Origin: Phoronis australis
Lineage: Eukaryota > Animalia > Phoronida
DNA: 64,000 bases
Reading direction: 5' to 3'
NCBI GenBank assembly: GCA_002633005.1
Contig: NMRA01000474.1
Location: 1-64,000, forward strand
Shown here: positions 26,201 through 40,500 of the stretch, piece by piece
Position numbering within the stretch: position 1 is the stretch's first letter
Layout: each line of letters begins with the position of its first letter
The notes under the pieces: model-generated
Told to the model about the DNA's origin: nothing
The model's input: only the letters and a program-made list of their open reading frames with translations
The model's database searches: none
Position numbers and translations under genes: made by a program

Positions 26201-29200
26201 ACATAGTTGAACGCATCGCAGAGTTCCAAAATAGTCTTTTTAGACCAGACTTATTGTTTACCAGTATCTGTTCAACAGATGAAATGATGTCAGTTGACAA
26301 AAGTTCTCCAACTTAATCAGCTAGCAGCCTCATTATACTTACTTCCCAGTTTGCGTGAGTTATAATTTTTTCTACTGTCCAAAAGTTTCACGGATTGGGC
26401 GAAAGAAGCAAATGTGTTAGCATGTTTTGATCTGTAAATGAATCTAGGCTTGAAGTTTTTTGTAATGCTAAGGCTTCGTTTTGTGTTCAACAGTTTTGAA
26501 ATGTTGCCTTCAGACTTTGCCATCGGAGGAGACTGAGAAAAAGATTCTTCAATTGACCTCTGACCTCCAGCAAAGAGACGCCGTGATTGAATCTCTGCGC
26601 GGTAGCAGCGATGACCCGTCCTCAGGCAGAGTGTCGGAGGCACAGCGGTCACTGGAGGAGAAACTTCTTCACCTCCAGAGGGAGCTGGAGGAACGTGGAA
26701 ATGAAACAAAGGTACAGCAATTGGCCTTTTACAAAATTTGAGAATTGTAGGACATGTTTTCCTTGTCATCTGTTGGCTGGAATTGTAGGTGAACGTTCTA
26801 TGGTTTCACTGCTTTTCTTTTGCTGCTGGAAAACCAGAATTCCCGTGATCCTTATTTGAAGATGTCGAGAAATTGTACTTTTGGTAGCGCACATTCGATG
26901 GCCAATAACACGTGATAGTGATACAACTTTTCTTCAGGATAGAACACTGAATCTTGTGCTTATGTTCATAGAATGAAGTAGACGTATGCATGATATCAAA
27001 GAGGTTGAAACAGAAGAGCATTTCATGTTCCGTTGTCCAGTACTGGTAGATTTGAGAAATTGATTCATACTGCTGCTGATACTGCTAATCCTACGACTAC
27101 TTCTACTTTTTGACCCTAAGAGTGGTGTTTTTTTTCCGGGTATCAAGTCTGTTATGATATGGGTCTTTGAATGCCAATTGGTCTTGGATCACAACTGTAT
27201 ACGTTAAAAGCGACTGGCAGTTTGTTGAGATAGAATCGTGTGTACTTTTAGATTCTGGAAGATCAGCTGGGAAAGGAGAGGGAGTCGCACGATCAGGTGA
27301 CTCGCGACTTGAAAGAGAGGCTGCAGGCGAGCGAGCAGCGCGTGCACGAGTTTGAGATAGTAGCTGACCAGATGACCAGGGATAGCCAGATGCGTGTGGG
27401 AGACATGGATGTAAGGATTTGTTTTCTCACTTTTCAGCCAGAGCACAATGTATTCAAATAGAGCGGGGTTGCATGCCTGATCCAACATGGCAAAACTTTT
27501 CAATTATTTTATTGTTGCTACGCAGATTACATGGATTTCAATGAAATGTTCTGTGTCCGCAAAAATTTGCCGTCTCAAATTATAGAAATCTGCTGTTTAG
27601 TAATGCCACTTTACAACAGATGATCCACTTTTAGATCTCATTAACATGTGCCCTTTAACCCCATGTCATATACAAAGTAGTTTCATTCAATTGTCCCTGT
27701 CATTGAGACACTTGGTGCAAAGGTCAAGGGTTCATGAATTAAACATGGCGCTACTATGTCAGGACCGTCATAAAATTTATAAGATTATTGGTTAATGTTA
27801 CAGATGAACTGTGTCCATTGATTGATTTAAAGCTGATGTTGACATCCTCTGTATTTCCCTACTGTTTTGAGGTACAGAATTAAGGCCAAGATGTTTTCCA
27901 CCTGTTTTTCATCCATGTTAAATGCTTGTTTACAGACAGGTTGTGTGTCTCAGTCCTCCATGAAAGTACACTCTTTCACTGAGATTGGTCGCGACTGAAG
28001 CATGGGCAATATTTGAGAGTTAACTCACACTAAATCGACTGTCAATTCAAAATCATGTGTGTATTAAGAATCACTAGTGCAGAGTTTCAGGCCAGTAGTA
28101 ATTACAATGCCCTTATGTTTATGAGGGGATCACAGACACTGGTTGATATCAAAATAATTGCTTTGCTTTCATTTCAGAAACTTGAAGGTATGATAAGAAG
28201 TAAGGACGAAGAAAATAAGGTGAGTTTTGGGGAGGTCACATCATCTCTGTCCATTACGCTTGTTGAGTCCATGACAACATGTCGAGCTAAAACAATAATA
28301 AGATCAACTGCAGACTTGTTTTCACGGTGAGTGGATTATATCTCTCGCCTGTATGATGACTTTTATCTCTTTGTAAGGTTTACTATTTTATTATCAGTAT
28401 ATTCATCTATTATATTACGTTTTTCCCATGTTATTTTGACCGTTTTCCAGGAACTTCAGTCTGAACTGGAGACTGCCCAGAAGGAGCTGGACGGTGAGAA
28501 GACCAACGGTGTCAAGTATCAGAAGACCATCCAGGGCCTGCTGATGGCCGTGCAAGATGTCAAGAAGCAGAAGGAAGAGTTGGCCGCGCAGGTCGCGACC
28601 TTTGAACTTGAGCTGGAGAAGTCACAACAGCAGGCTCATCAAGCACAGATGGGCAATCACAAGGTAAGTTGTCTCGGAGGAGGGTGTTGTTCTTGGATTG
28701 TTCATAGGACTTGTGGCGCTAAACTTGCTCATGTTTTCACATTCTTCTATTTGCCAGTCAAAATAGCCATTGTATGACAATTGTCGCTACTCCAGTCAAG
28801 TTTCTATTTTTCAGAAGCTCGTCACAAAAATTTTACCCAATGTTGTTTGGTTACAGCTTCTCCGTACAAACCGTGCTAAACCCAAAGTAAACTTTCCTGA
28901 ATACTTATTTTTGCTGAGAAATTTGACTAAATAAAATTTTACCTGTCTGCCATATTGTGTCCCTACCTGAAAATTTTTTACCGCAAATTTTACCTTCTTA
29001 TGCGTAGCTTGTTTCCAGAGATATCCAGAGATGTAATTTTTGATTTGTGTCTTTGCGAAATATGTCCCTGCGCTTTTGTGTTAAGATCCCATAATTCGAC
29101 AACAATTCTAGCTCGTGTTGTGTTGTGTGGTACAACTGGATGGTAACGGGTATTTCCATGGGTGGGGATTGTTCATTCATCACCTTGTGAACATCAGTTA

Positions 29201-32200
29201 GTGGTGAAATCAACTGAATATTGCTGCCCCTTCCACTGCGCCCATTATCTGATACTATACACATCTCTCCGTTGAACTTGAGTGACTTCATAAACATGGG
29301 TTCATACCAATGTACCATCAGTCAACATTCCACTATTCACAACTCGCCACAAAAGTCGATGGACTCATGGTTGGGCACTCTGCCTATTTTAGTGTCTACC
29401 ATAATCTACTTTGTGCTTTGTAGAAAGTTGAAGAGAACCAGTCGGTGCTGAACGACAAAGACGACAAAATACTGGACCTGGAACACAAACTGGGTCAACA
29501 GGAAGTGGATATGAAGGTCAGTAATTGGCGTCGAAAACATTGATTATATATGTTTAGCAAGAAGCATTAAAGTCTCAATAAACAAAATTATTTTGTTAGG
29601 TGACATAAAGCAAACAAGCCAAAGTAAAAGATTCAAAATGAGCTTGATAAGTTTCCTTTGCAGAAGTTAGAAAAGTCCGTCCAACAAAAGGAGGCTGAGC
29701 TGGCTCACCTGAAAGATCAGTTGGGACAGTCGGAAAAGTTGGTGAAGTCACGTGATGATAACGAGCAGCAGCTGCGTGACCAGTTGCAGGAAGAGCGACG
29801 GAAGAATGCGGAAACCGTGGAGACACTCGATAAAAATTATCATGTAGGTTTGGTTGATATGAATTGATATCTCAGGCTGATGAGAAATGATCATCAGTCT
29901 GATATCAGTCTGATATCATTTACAGTATCACTCATTGAAAACCTCTTTTGATCATTCAGTGATACAAAATTATGTAGTTTATGATGATTAATGATGGGGC
30001 TTCCAAGATGAATTACATTGTGAATATGAAGTCATAGAAATGGGTTATACAAATTCACATAATCTTCTTTTATGATTAACTATGATCAACCAAAATTGCC
30101 TGTGTAATGAACAGTGTCTGTGTTGTATATTTGAGATCAAATCCAACAATTAATAGAGTTTGAAGTATTCTGAGCTGATCTCGTGTTGGTCTCTCAGCAT
30201 TTTGTAGATTCGCCATTAGGATTTTTACTGAAATTAGAGTCGCACTTGTATAGCCGTACACTTCACGTGAAAGTCTATATCCGTATCTCAAGTATATTCT
30301 ATTGAACAATAAAACATGCCTTGTATTGTTTTGTTGCTAAATGAAGTCACACAACATCCTTAGCTGAACATACGAGACAGTGTAAAACGGGACAACATTT
30401 ATATTGCTGAAAGGTTGTTATCACATTCAATTGAGCAGAAATTTGTTATTGTGACTGTTATTGTGACTGTTATTGTGACTGTTGATCGATTGTAGACATT
30501 TTACGCGGACTCACAACGGCAGCTACAGAATCAGGAGAAGATTGTTCAGAGGCTGACCAACAGTCTGAGGGACAAAGACCGACAGCTGCAAGAGTACATG
30601 GACATGGTTACCAACGACGATGGTCGGTCGGAGAGGGATGTGGCGCACGACAAGATGGTGCGGAGTCTGCAGGACAGACTGAAGGAGAAGGACAGGGCAC
30701 TGGAGGTGGGTCAAAGGTCGGGGGTTCCCACTCATGGAAAACTTCAAAGTAACATAAATGGTTCATGCGTGGAAAACTCATGGGAGAATAAGACAAAAAT
30801 GATGGACTACTCGTGGATTGAATAAAAAAGGGATAAAAAGTCATGAAAACTCTTAGAAGAAAAAAGACAGAATAATGATCATGGAAAATTTGATGAAAAC
30901 CGTTTTTGCAGGTCTTACCACGAGTGCATACTTTCAATTCTCAATTATCCTTTTCAACAACCACTCTGGTGCATTATTGTATGTGTACTTTTGTGAAAAA
31001 TAATATCAACGAAAAGTAAAACTTGATTCCTTTAAAACACACACAAAGTGAATATGGCAAAATCTCACCAAAACTTCTGTCAAGAATTATTGACAAAATT
31101 GATGTCTTCTCAGTTTACAATTAGGGTTTCTAACATAGTCCTGAATGTCGAAATTTTTCTTTACTATGATTAAAGTAAAATTTACCTTGACTAATAAATT
31201 CATTATTATTGTTATTGTTATTGTTATTATTGCCAGATATTGTGTCCTTAATTGATGCGATTTTATTGTATGATGGTGAACCATGTTGGTGTAGTAATGC
31301 AGTGTTCTCCACGACCTGTTTTGACTCGACAAGGTAACGAGTTTGGATTTTGCCGCGTCGAGCTTGGGGAAAGCGCGTCGAGTTTGGGGAAAGCGCGTAA
31401 AGTTTAAAAATTGCCGCACCAGGTTTAAAACCTTGGCTGACTTGGTACTGCAGCCCTTAGCGTCTAATCAGAGCCTGATTTTACCAACAGTAAACACATA
31501 GTTCACTTTAGTAAGAAGCAGTTAAACAGCACTGTAGTCGCCATATTAAGGCACCTGGGGCAGGGGCACTTATTGTAACCCAAGGCGGTTGATACCCGGT
31601 CTCTAAAACGGGTGAAATCGGAAGCTAGGATTCATCAAATTTACGCTATGTGATGTATCTGTAGCTTGTGACAGGCTTTCAATGAAACAACAAAACTGGC
31701 GCATTGCTATCAAACTTCGTCATTGTTAAATTACGATCATTCTACAGAAAATTGTGCTGAAATCCCGGAGCGATAACTGGCCGACTTTTTGCGCCTCTGC
31801 CTAGCGATCGTCGACAGGGCTGCTTGTATAAAAATATAGTGTCGACTCTGACAACAAATTACCTGAAATCCTCACTTAAGTTTTCNTCGCTACTCCAGTC
31901 AAAATAGCCATTGTATGACAATTGTGGGGATTGTTCATTCATCACCTTGTGAACATCAGTTAGTGGTGAAATGAACTGAATATTGCTGCTCCTTCCACTG
32001 CTCCCGTTATCTGATGCTGTACACATCTCTCCGTTGGACTTGAGTGACTTCATAAACATGGGTTCATACCAATGTACCATCAGTCAACATTCCACTATTT
32101 ACAACTCGTCACAAAAGTCGATGGACTCATGGTTGGGCACTCTGCCTACTTTAGTGTCTACCATAATCTACTTTATGCTTTGTAGAAAGTTGAAGAGAAC

Positions 32201-35200
32201 CAGTCGGTGCTGAACGACAAAGACGACAAAATACTGGACCTGGAACACAAACTGGGTCAACAGGAAGTGGATGTGAAGGTCAGTAATCGGCGTCGCAAGC
32301 ATTGGTTACATGTTACAAGCAAGAAGCATTAAAGTCAATGAAAAAAATCTTTTCTGAGATGACATAAAACAAAAAAGCCAAAGTAAAAGATTCAAAATGA
32401 ACTTGATATTTAACAATAGTTTCCTTTGCAGAAGTTAGAAAAGTCCGTCCAACAAAAGGAGGCTGAGCTGGCTCACCTGAAAGATCAGTTGGGACAGTCG
32501 GAAAAGTTGGTGAAGTCACATGATGACAATGAGCAGCAGCTGCGTGACCAGTTGCAGGAAGAGCGACGGAAGAATGCGGAAACCGTGGAGACACTCGATA
32601 AAAATTATCAGGTAGGTTTGGTTGATATGAACTGATATCTCAGGCTGATGAGAAATGATCACCAGTCTGATATCAGTCTGATATCATTTACAGTATCACT
32701 CATTGAAAACCTCTTTTGATCATTCAGTGATACAAAATTATGTAATTTATGATGATTGATGATGGGGCCTCCAAGATGAATTACATTGTGTTAATATGAA
32801 GTCATAGAAATGGTTTATACAAATTCACATAATCTTCTTTTATGATTAACTATGATCAACCAAAATTGCCTGTGTGATGAGCAATATCCGTGTTGTACAT
32901 TTGAGATGCAATCCAACAATTAACAGAGTTTGAAGTGTTCTGAGCTGATCTCGTGTTGGTCTCTCAGCATTTTGTGGATTCGCTATTAGGATTTTTACTG
33001 AAATTAGGAGTCGCACTCGTATAGCCGTACACTTCACGTGAAAGTCTATATCTGTATCTCGAGCGTATTCTATTGAACAATAAAACATGCCTTGTATTGT
33101 TTTGTTGCTAAATGAAGTCACACAACATCCTCTGCTGAACGTACGAGACAGTGTAAAACGGGACAAAATTTATATTGCTGAAAGGTCGTTATCACATTCA
33201 TGTGAGCAGAAATTTGTTATTGTGAATTTTAATCGATTGTAGACATTTTACGCGGACTCACAACGGCAGCTACAGAATCAGGAGAAGATTGTTCAGAGGT
33301 TGACCAACAGTCTGAGGGACAAAGACCGACAGCTGCAAGAGTACATGGACATGGTTACCAACGACGATGGTCGGTCGGAAAGGGACGTGGCGCACGACAA
33401 GATGGTGCGGAGTCTGCAGGACAGACTGAAGGAGAAGGACAGGGCACTGGAGGTGAGTCGAAGGTCGGGGGTTACCACTCATGGAAAACTTCAAAGTAAC
33501 ATAAATGGTTCCATGCGTGGAAAACTCATGGGAGAATAAGACATAAATGATGGACAACTCGTGGATTGAATAAAAAAGGGATAAAAAGTCATTGAAAACT
33601 CTTAGAAGAAAAAAGACAAAATAATGATGGAAAATTTGATGAAAACCGTTTTTGCAGGTCTTACCACGAGTGCATACTTTCAATTCTCAATTATCCTTGT
33701 CAACAACCACTCTGATGCATTATTGTATGTGTACTTTTGTGAAAAATAATATCAACGAAAAGTAAAACTTGATTCCTTTAAAACACACACAAAGTGAAAA
33801 TGCAATATGGCAAAATCTCGCCAAAACTTCTGTCAAGAATTATTGACAAAATTGATGTCTTCTCAGTTTACAGTTAGGGTTTCTAACATTGTCCTGAATG
33901 TCGAAATTTTTCTTTACTATGGATATAAAATAAAATTTGCTTTGACTAATAAATTCATTATTATTGTTGTTGTTATTGTTATTATTGCCACATATTGTGT
34001 CCTTAATTGATGCAGTAATATAGTGTTCTCCATGACCTGTTTTGACTCGACGCGGTAATGAGTTTGGATTTTGCCGCGTCGAGTTTGGGGAAAGCACGTC
34101 GAGTTTGGAGAAAGCGTGTCAAGTTTAAAAATTGCCGCACCAGGCTTAAAACCTTGGCTGACTTGGTACTGCATCCCTCAGCATCTAATCAGAGCCGGAT
34201 TTTACCAACAGTAAACACATAGTTCACTTTAGTAAGAGGCAGTTAAACAGCACCGTATTCGCTGTATTAAGGCACCCGTGGCGGAGGCGCATATTTTAAC
34301 CCAAGGCGGTTGATACCCGGTCTCTAAAACGGGTGAAATCGGAAGCTAGGATTCATCAAATTTACGCTATGTGATGTATCTGTAGCTTGTGACAGGCTTT
34401 CAATGAAACAACAAAACTGGCGCATTGCTATCAAACTTCGTCATTGTTAAATTACGATCATTCTACAGAAAATTGTGCTGAAATCCCGGAGCGATAACTG
34501 GCCGACTTTTTGCGCCTCTGCCTAGCGATCGTCGACAGGGCTGCTTGAATAAAAATATAGTGTCGACTCTGACAACAAATTACCTGAAATCCTCACTTAA
34601 GTTTTCAAAATTGCATCCCTAAGATTTTAAGTTCCTGTGGAGTCAGTATTATGAACAAGTTAGGGTTAAATCTGCGCAAGATTGTATCCAGTAACATGAA
34701 AAAAATCTGGACGAACACAAATGTCGTAGTCACGTGACCTTTGTTTTGAAGATCGTCTGTGTTTGTGAGTGAGCGAGCGCGTGCGTATTATCAGCGTTCA
34801 TTTGCCGGAGGTGTGCATTGTAACAAAAGAAATAACACAAGCAGTATCACGAGAACGCGTTTTATTTAGCACTTGCTAATCACATCTACTATTTAAACGT
34901 GCGAGAATTGTCTCGGTAGGGCCTAAGGCCGAATGTCGTTAAGTCGCCAGGTGACTGGATGTGTGACAGTTTGAGTTATTTTCCGGGAGATTCGGGGGCG
35001 GAGGTGTCCACTATCAGTGGGGCATTTTATCAGGTAGTTTACTTTAAAAATCCCTGTTAAAAACAATGCAACAGTTTTTACGGCATTAGAAACTTTCTGA
35101 AATTAGTGCCCGATATTTATTTCTTGCCGATATGGCTACCCGGAGTAGTTTCATCAATAGTTCCCGGAGACTAATGCCTGTGATGTCAAGTGACAGGTAT

Positions 35201-37566
35201 GTAGCGCGCTTCCTAGTCATCAACGGTTTTCACGTGTAGGCCCTACAAAGTGTTAAAAAGTAGGTCACACCTGACCAGTTCAATGTACATTTTTGAAACA
35301 TATTATATAAATACCTCCGGCTGGGATGTTCTAACACTATAATGTTGACTACTGATACTGAACTCTAGAAATTTGCGTCGAGTTTGGAATTGGTATTGTG
35401 GAGAACACTGTAATATCCAATTAAGTGGGAAGGAGCCAGCTGAAAGAGGAGGGCAGGGCACTGGAGGTGGGTGGGGCAGGTAGGCGGGGTTGTTAATTCA
35501 AAGGTCAGAGTAGGCGGAGTTAGCTAATCAAGAGGTCAAATAGGAGGGAATGGGTTTATGAGGAAGACATAAAACTACGTAAATTGGCATTTAAAGAATA
35601 CTTTCCTGTCAAAAGAAAAACGTTTTTTCACTAAATCTTCTGTTTTTTATTTGATAGGTAGCATATGATGAAAAGTTTGCGGCTGTTGAAGGTCGCGACT
35701 CGGAGATCACCAAACTCAAGATGATGCTGCGAGAACGAGACCATGACCTTGAGCGAGCCAATCACATGATGTTGACTAGCGAAAACACAATTGATGTATG
35801 TATATAAGTTAATGAATCGTGTATGATGAAAACTTGGTCAAAATGAAAGTAGAATTCATTTGAAAATATACTGCTTGTATGTGGTCTTTTCCAGGTCTTC
35901 ATTAGGAGCATTGATGTGCTTACAGTTTCTAGGAATGTTTTCTGAGGCAAATAGCACTCTGTTGGGTTTTTGGTGCGTAAATAATGAGGCTATCTGTTTG
36001 CTTGTACAGTATTCTCCAGAACTTTTTCATTGAAATTTGTCGAAAAACAAAAACATTTATTTAGAAAATTAGCGTAAAATTTGTGCTTTGAATTATTGGC
36101 GATTTTAGTCAAGAAGAGATATCAACTACTGCTGCAGTGAAATCACATTTAGTCAGATACAACCTTTTTGAAAATAATAAATTCAGATTTAACGTATTCA
36201 GAAAACATCATTGACAATCTCGAGCTTCCTGTCCAGTTGTAAAACAAAAAAATGATGCAGGAAATAATTGGCCTTATAAAGACATCACTGTATTTGGCCT
36301 TATAAAGACATCACTGTATTTGGCCTCATAAAGACATCGCTGTATTTGGCCTTATAAAGACATTGCTGTATTTGGCCTTAAACCGATATCGCTGTATTTG
36401 GCCTTATAAAGACATCGCTGTATTTGGCCTTATAAAGACATCGCTGTATTTGGCCTTATAAAGACATCACTGTACTAGGTCACAGTAAGATATTGGAAGA
36501 CAAACCAGATGCAACAGAATGTTTCATCATCATCATCATCACGACTTCAGTCACAGAACGAATAATAGCCAAATATTCACACCAGAATACATAACGTATA
36601 ACAGCCAGTGACTGGATCAGAACAGCTCTAGTCCAAATGACTCACTGTACCTGTTCTAGGAGGTCTCTTCATCACTGCTTGGTGTGTATAAACAACTATT
36701 TGGCATCTCTGGTAGTATTTTGACTCCAGAAAAGCCACTTTGATGGACGGTTACCTATGAAGCCTCCTTATTATTGTCACAGGCCCGTGGGATGTGCTGT
36801 GTGTATTGTGATGTGAATATGTAGCTGTTAACGTGTGTGACTGGCATTACCATGGTGATGAGATGTGCCTAGTAGTATGTATTGAGACGTCTTTGAGATG
36901 TTGCTTCAGGTTTCTTTTAAATGTCAATATATGAAAAATTGAGAATCCAAAGTTGGTCTCCTCAGAGTCAAAACCAGGAGATAAAGGACAAAGACAAGTA
37001 TATCAAGGAGCTTGTCAACTCACTCACTTCTCTGCAATCCGCCATGGACGAGGCAGGGGATACACAGCAGCGCGCTCTTGAGGAGAAGGATAGCATTGTG
37101 AGGCGGCTGAAGCAGGCACTGGCTAGTAAGGACGAGCAGCTGCAGGAGGCGCTGGATGCAACACCGCGGCGGGATGACCTGGACCTTCAGAGGCAGCTGA
37201 GGCAGAAAGATCGTCTGCTGGAGGTAGGTTTTCTACTGAAAGGTCCATCTTTAGATACCCTCCAGTGGGCGTATGTAAGGAAATTTTTCTGTTGATATGT
37301 CCGAGGAATTTATTTGGGCAAAATGTGCGTGGTTGAATCTTAAAGCTGGAACCATCATACATTGATGAATTGATTCTTTTGGTTTTGATTTGCATGCCGG
37401 CTATAGTATCGATGTACCTAAACATATGTTTGTCACTTCCAAATGTACGTGTATGTTTGGCTTTTGGTCCTAAACTGAATTTTTTGGAATAAATGGCCTG
37501 GAATTGTCTTCAGAAAACAATGGTGTAGTTGTGTGGTCTAGGAAAACTTGCAAAACACTCTGTGTG

Positions 37567-37598
<32 letters not shown>

Positions 37599-40500
37599 TG
37601 CGCGCGCGCGCCCATACACGTGTGTGCGTTTCAAGGAATTGGAGAAATCATTGTTACATCACAATCATGTATGACCTTACAGTTTAAATAAAACTAATTG
37701 AATTTAGAATCTCCCCTCTTCATTTACATAAAGAAATATCTTAGCTTCTTGGGACTATCATTTGCTAATGACATTTTGAGATTTCCTTATCTCACCCAAA
37801 GAAAAGTTGCAAGTCATCTCAGGACTTCACACCCTGTCTGTAAAAGTTCATTTGACAAAAGGTTGCTCAAAGTTTTTGCCGGGACTAAAGTTGAGCACTG
37901 CGATTATGACAGAACTCTAAAAGTTGTAGTGTTTGGCTAAATCCCGAAGTGGGAAATCGCATAATCTAATTGTTTTTGGTAATTTTTATGAATAAGTAGA
38001 TGATATTTAGGTAATAGTTTCCATAAACGTGCTGAGATTCAAGTTTCACTGGTTACTAGGCTGATGAGACAGTAGTAACAAACCATGTTACAGGTTGAGA
38101 CCACTCACAACCACTTCTTAGTCACGATTGTTATGATTGTCAATTAAAAATTGAACATGGTGGCTCAAACTTTGAACGCCGTGATCAAATTTGAGCGTGG
38201 CAACACTGCTGGTGTTAAACTGTTGAAAAGTGCATGATCTGAACTGTACTCTGTGAAAATAAATTTTAATGTAAAGTTTTTGCAAATTATTTTCTTTTTA
38301 GGAAGCAATAGCTGAGAAGGGCAGAGTGGCTCTAGAAAACGAAAAGGCGACTAGAGAACTCTTGAATAAACTGACGGAAAAGGATGGAGACATGAAGGTA
38401 AAAGGTGGATCTGTTAATGCCAGAGGTCAAAAGGTCATTCAGAGGTCAAAGGGTCATTTTGTTTTGTCTGCTTGCCTAGTGTATTTGTTAGTGTTACATA
38501 TCATTTGTGGGTGACTTGGCTGAGTTTCTTACGCAGAGGTCGGCAACATTTTTAGTTTTCATCACCATATTTTTCAGATGTTTTGTATCCTGGGGCTGCG
38601 CAAGTGGAAACTCGACAATTCAAATTATTTTTTATGAAAAATCATATCATGAGTCTCAGTGGTCAAAAGGTGTCACTGAAGTACGATAGGAGCATTTGAA
38701 AAACCTCAAACCTATGCTATGTATTTGCATTTTACTATCAGTTTTCTCACTGAATAAAAAGTGACATTCAGCGATCTTGAACTTTGCGAACGCTTTGATG
38801 GTGTTCCATAAGAAATTAAAAATTCGACATCAAACTTTAAACACTAAATTATGTTAATTTTAGAAATATTCATTCGATGCCCTGTTATAAGATTGTCAGT
38901 TGGCAATTCTTGATATAAATTAATGAATGTGTTGATGTGAAATTTAGTTTCATCAACTGGAAAGGGTGTTTTAAGTTTTTGGTGACCAGCTCGTGAATGC
39001 AAAAAAAATTCTGGATTACGTGATGCACGATGACTGCTAAGGCCAATAAACACTCTTTCTCCAAAGTCATTCTCATACCGTCTGATTCGAATTGTGTAGG
39101 GCTTGAGTTGGTTTCGCTCGGGTTTTCATACTGTCCACAAAAATCAATATTGAACTAGGTGACATATTTCGATGTTTTGTCATGAATTCCAAAATAATTT
39201 AATGAATTGTTCCCGGGCCAAACACTGAGGTGTGGTTACAGGCGGTGGTGGGCTGAATGCAGGAGGTTGTCGACCCCTGCTCTGTTTCGTTTATTCTCCC
39301 TATAATTTTGCTGTAATTCTTGTGGAGGGCCTAATCCTGTTTTCCTCTCATCATGGTTTGTGCTTGGAAAACTGACAGAAAATCTCATGAGTTTAATAAA
39401 AAAATCTTAATTTTGTTTGTCATGTCACAAGTTTAATTGATATGCTCGACAGTTGTTACCAAAAAATGAGTTGAAACGCTGCTCAACATAATTGAGCAGT
39501 TAGACCACAACTTTATATTCTGTCAAAAATATTTTGTCAGTGGTTTAAGAAATGTCACTATCACCTTTGCCTCACTGGTTGCTGCAAGACTGTAGTTTCT
39601 GCTCCCTCCACTGTGTGTCTCTGTCTGTCGGTTTCTATGTGTGCATCTGTGTGTGACCAACAGGAGCAGTGTGACCACCTAAACCAGGAGATCACCCGGC
39701 TGACCAAGGAGGGACACTGGCTCAGGAGTGAGATGCACAAGAAGGAGTTTGAGTTGCAGGTCAGTGGGGTCCCACCTCAAGGGAAAGGCTTTGGGTCCAA
39801 GACGAGTCCGGAGTTTGAGTTGTTGGTCATTGGGATCCCACCTCGAGGAAAGGCTATGGTTTTGGGACTAATAAGGAGCTGGGGGTGCAGGTCAGTGGGT
39901 CCCACCTCAGGGGGAACAGTCTGAGACTAACCAGGCGTTGTTGCATAGTGAGGACCGACTTCAGGGAAAAGAGATGTAAGGTTTTTGTGGGGATCTACTG
40001 TGGGGGAAGAGCTGTGGAACTTGAATTGTGTGACTAAGGCTTGTAGAGACTTTGGAGTTTAAGCTACAGGCCATTGGGGAAAACAATTTAGAGAAGGTGA
40101 CCCACGGTGGGTCAATGCAGTGGATTTGGGACGAAGTTAAAAGGCTCCTGTAAAATTGCTTCTTGGCTCCATTTCAGGAAAACGAAATTCCTTTGCCTCA
40201 AGTAACAAACAATAAACATGAAATCTGCATCAAGCGTATTCAAAAGACTTTTAGTTTATGTTTTCATAAAACTTTGAGTATGCCTTGATTTGAGTTTTGT
40301 GCAACAGTTTTCTGAGTGGCTTTTGTTTGTTGTTAGTGGTGGTATGTGACCGAATCACATGTAAGGCTTTCCGTTTGTACCTTTTTGATTACAAATTAAT
40401 ATCAAGCAAGTCATTCATAGGTAGACATTTAGGCGATGCATTTTCAATTTACATTGAATAGACGTGTCATTGACAGCTGTCCATTGGTTCTCAGCTCATT

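Larger units (their letters stand above)
28785..34606. repeat. Tandem duplicate about 28785-31885 / 31887-34606 across an n-join (exons 11-13)
   Basis: Colinear near-identity; both copies end at CTCACTTAAGTTTTC. Confidence 0.9.

Noticed and set aside
36268-36474. Regularly spaced 26-bp repeats resembling a CRISPR array
   Set aside because: Head-to-tail units with no unique spacers, in a eukaryotic intron, with no cas genes: a minisatellite
38060-38092. CTGATGA motif as a hammerhead ribozyme
   Set aside because: No GAAA after a proper stem II and no convincing stem I
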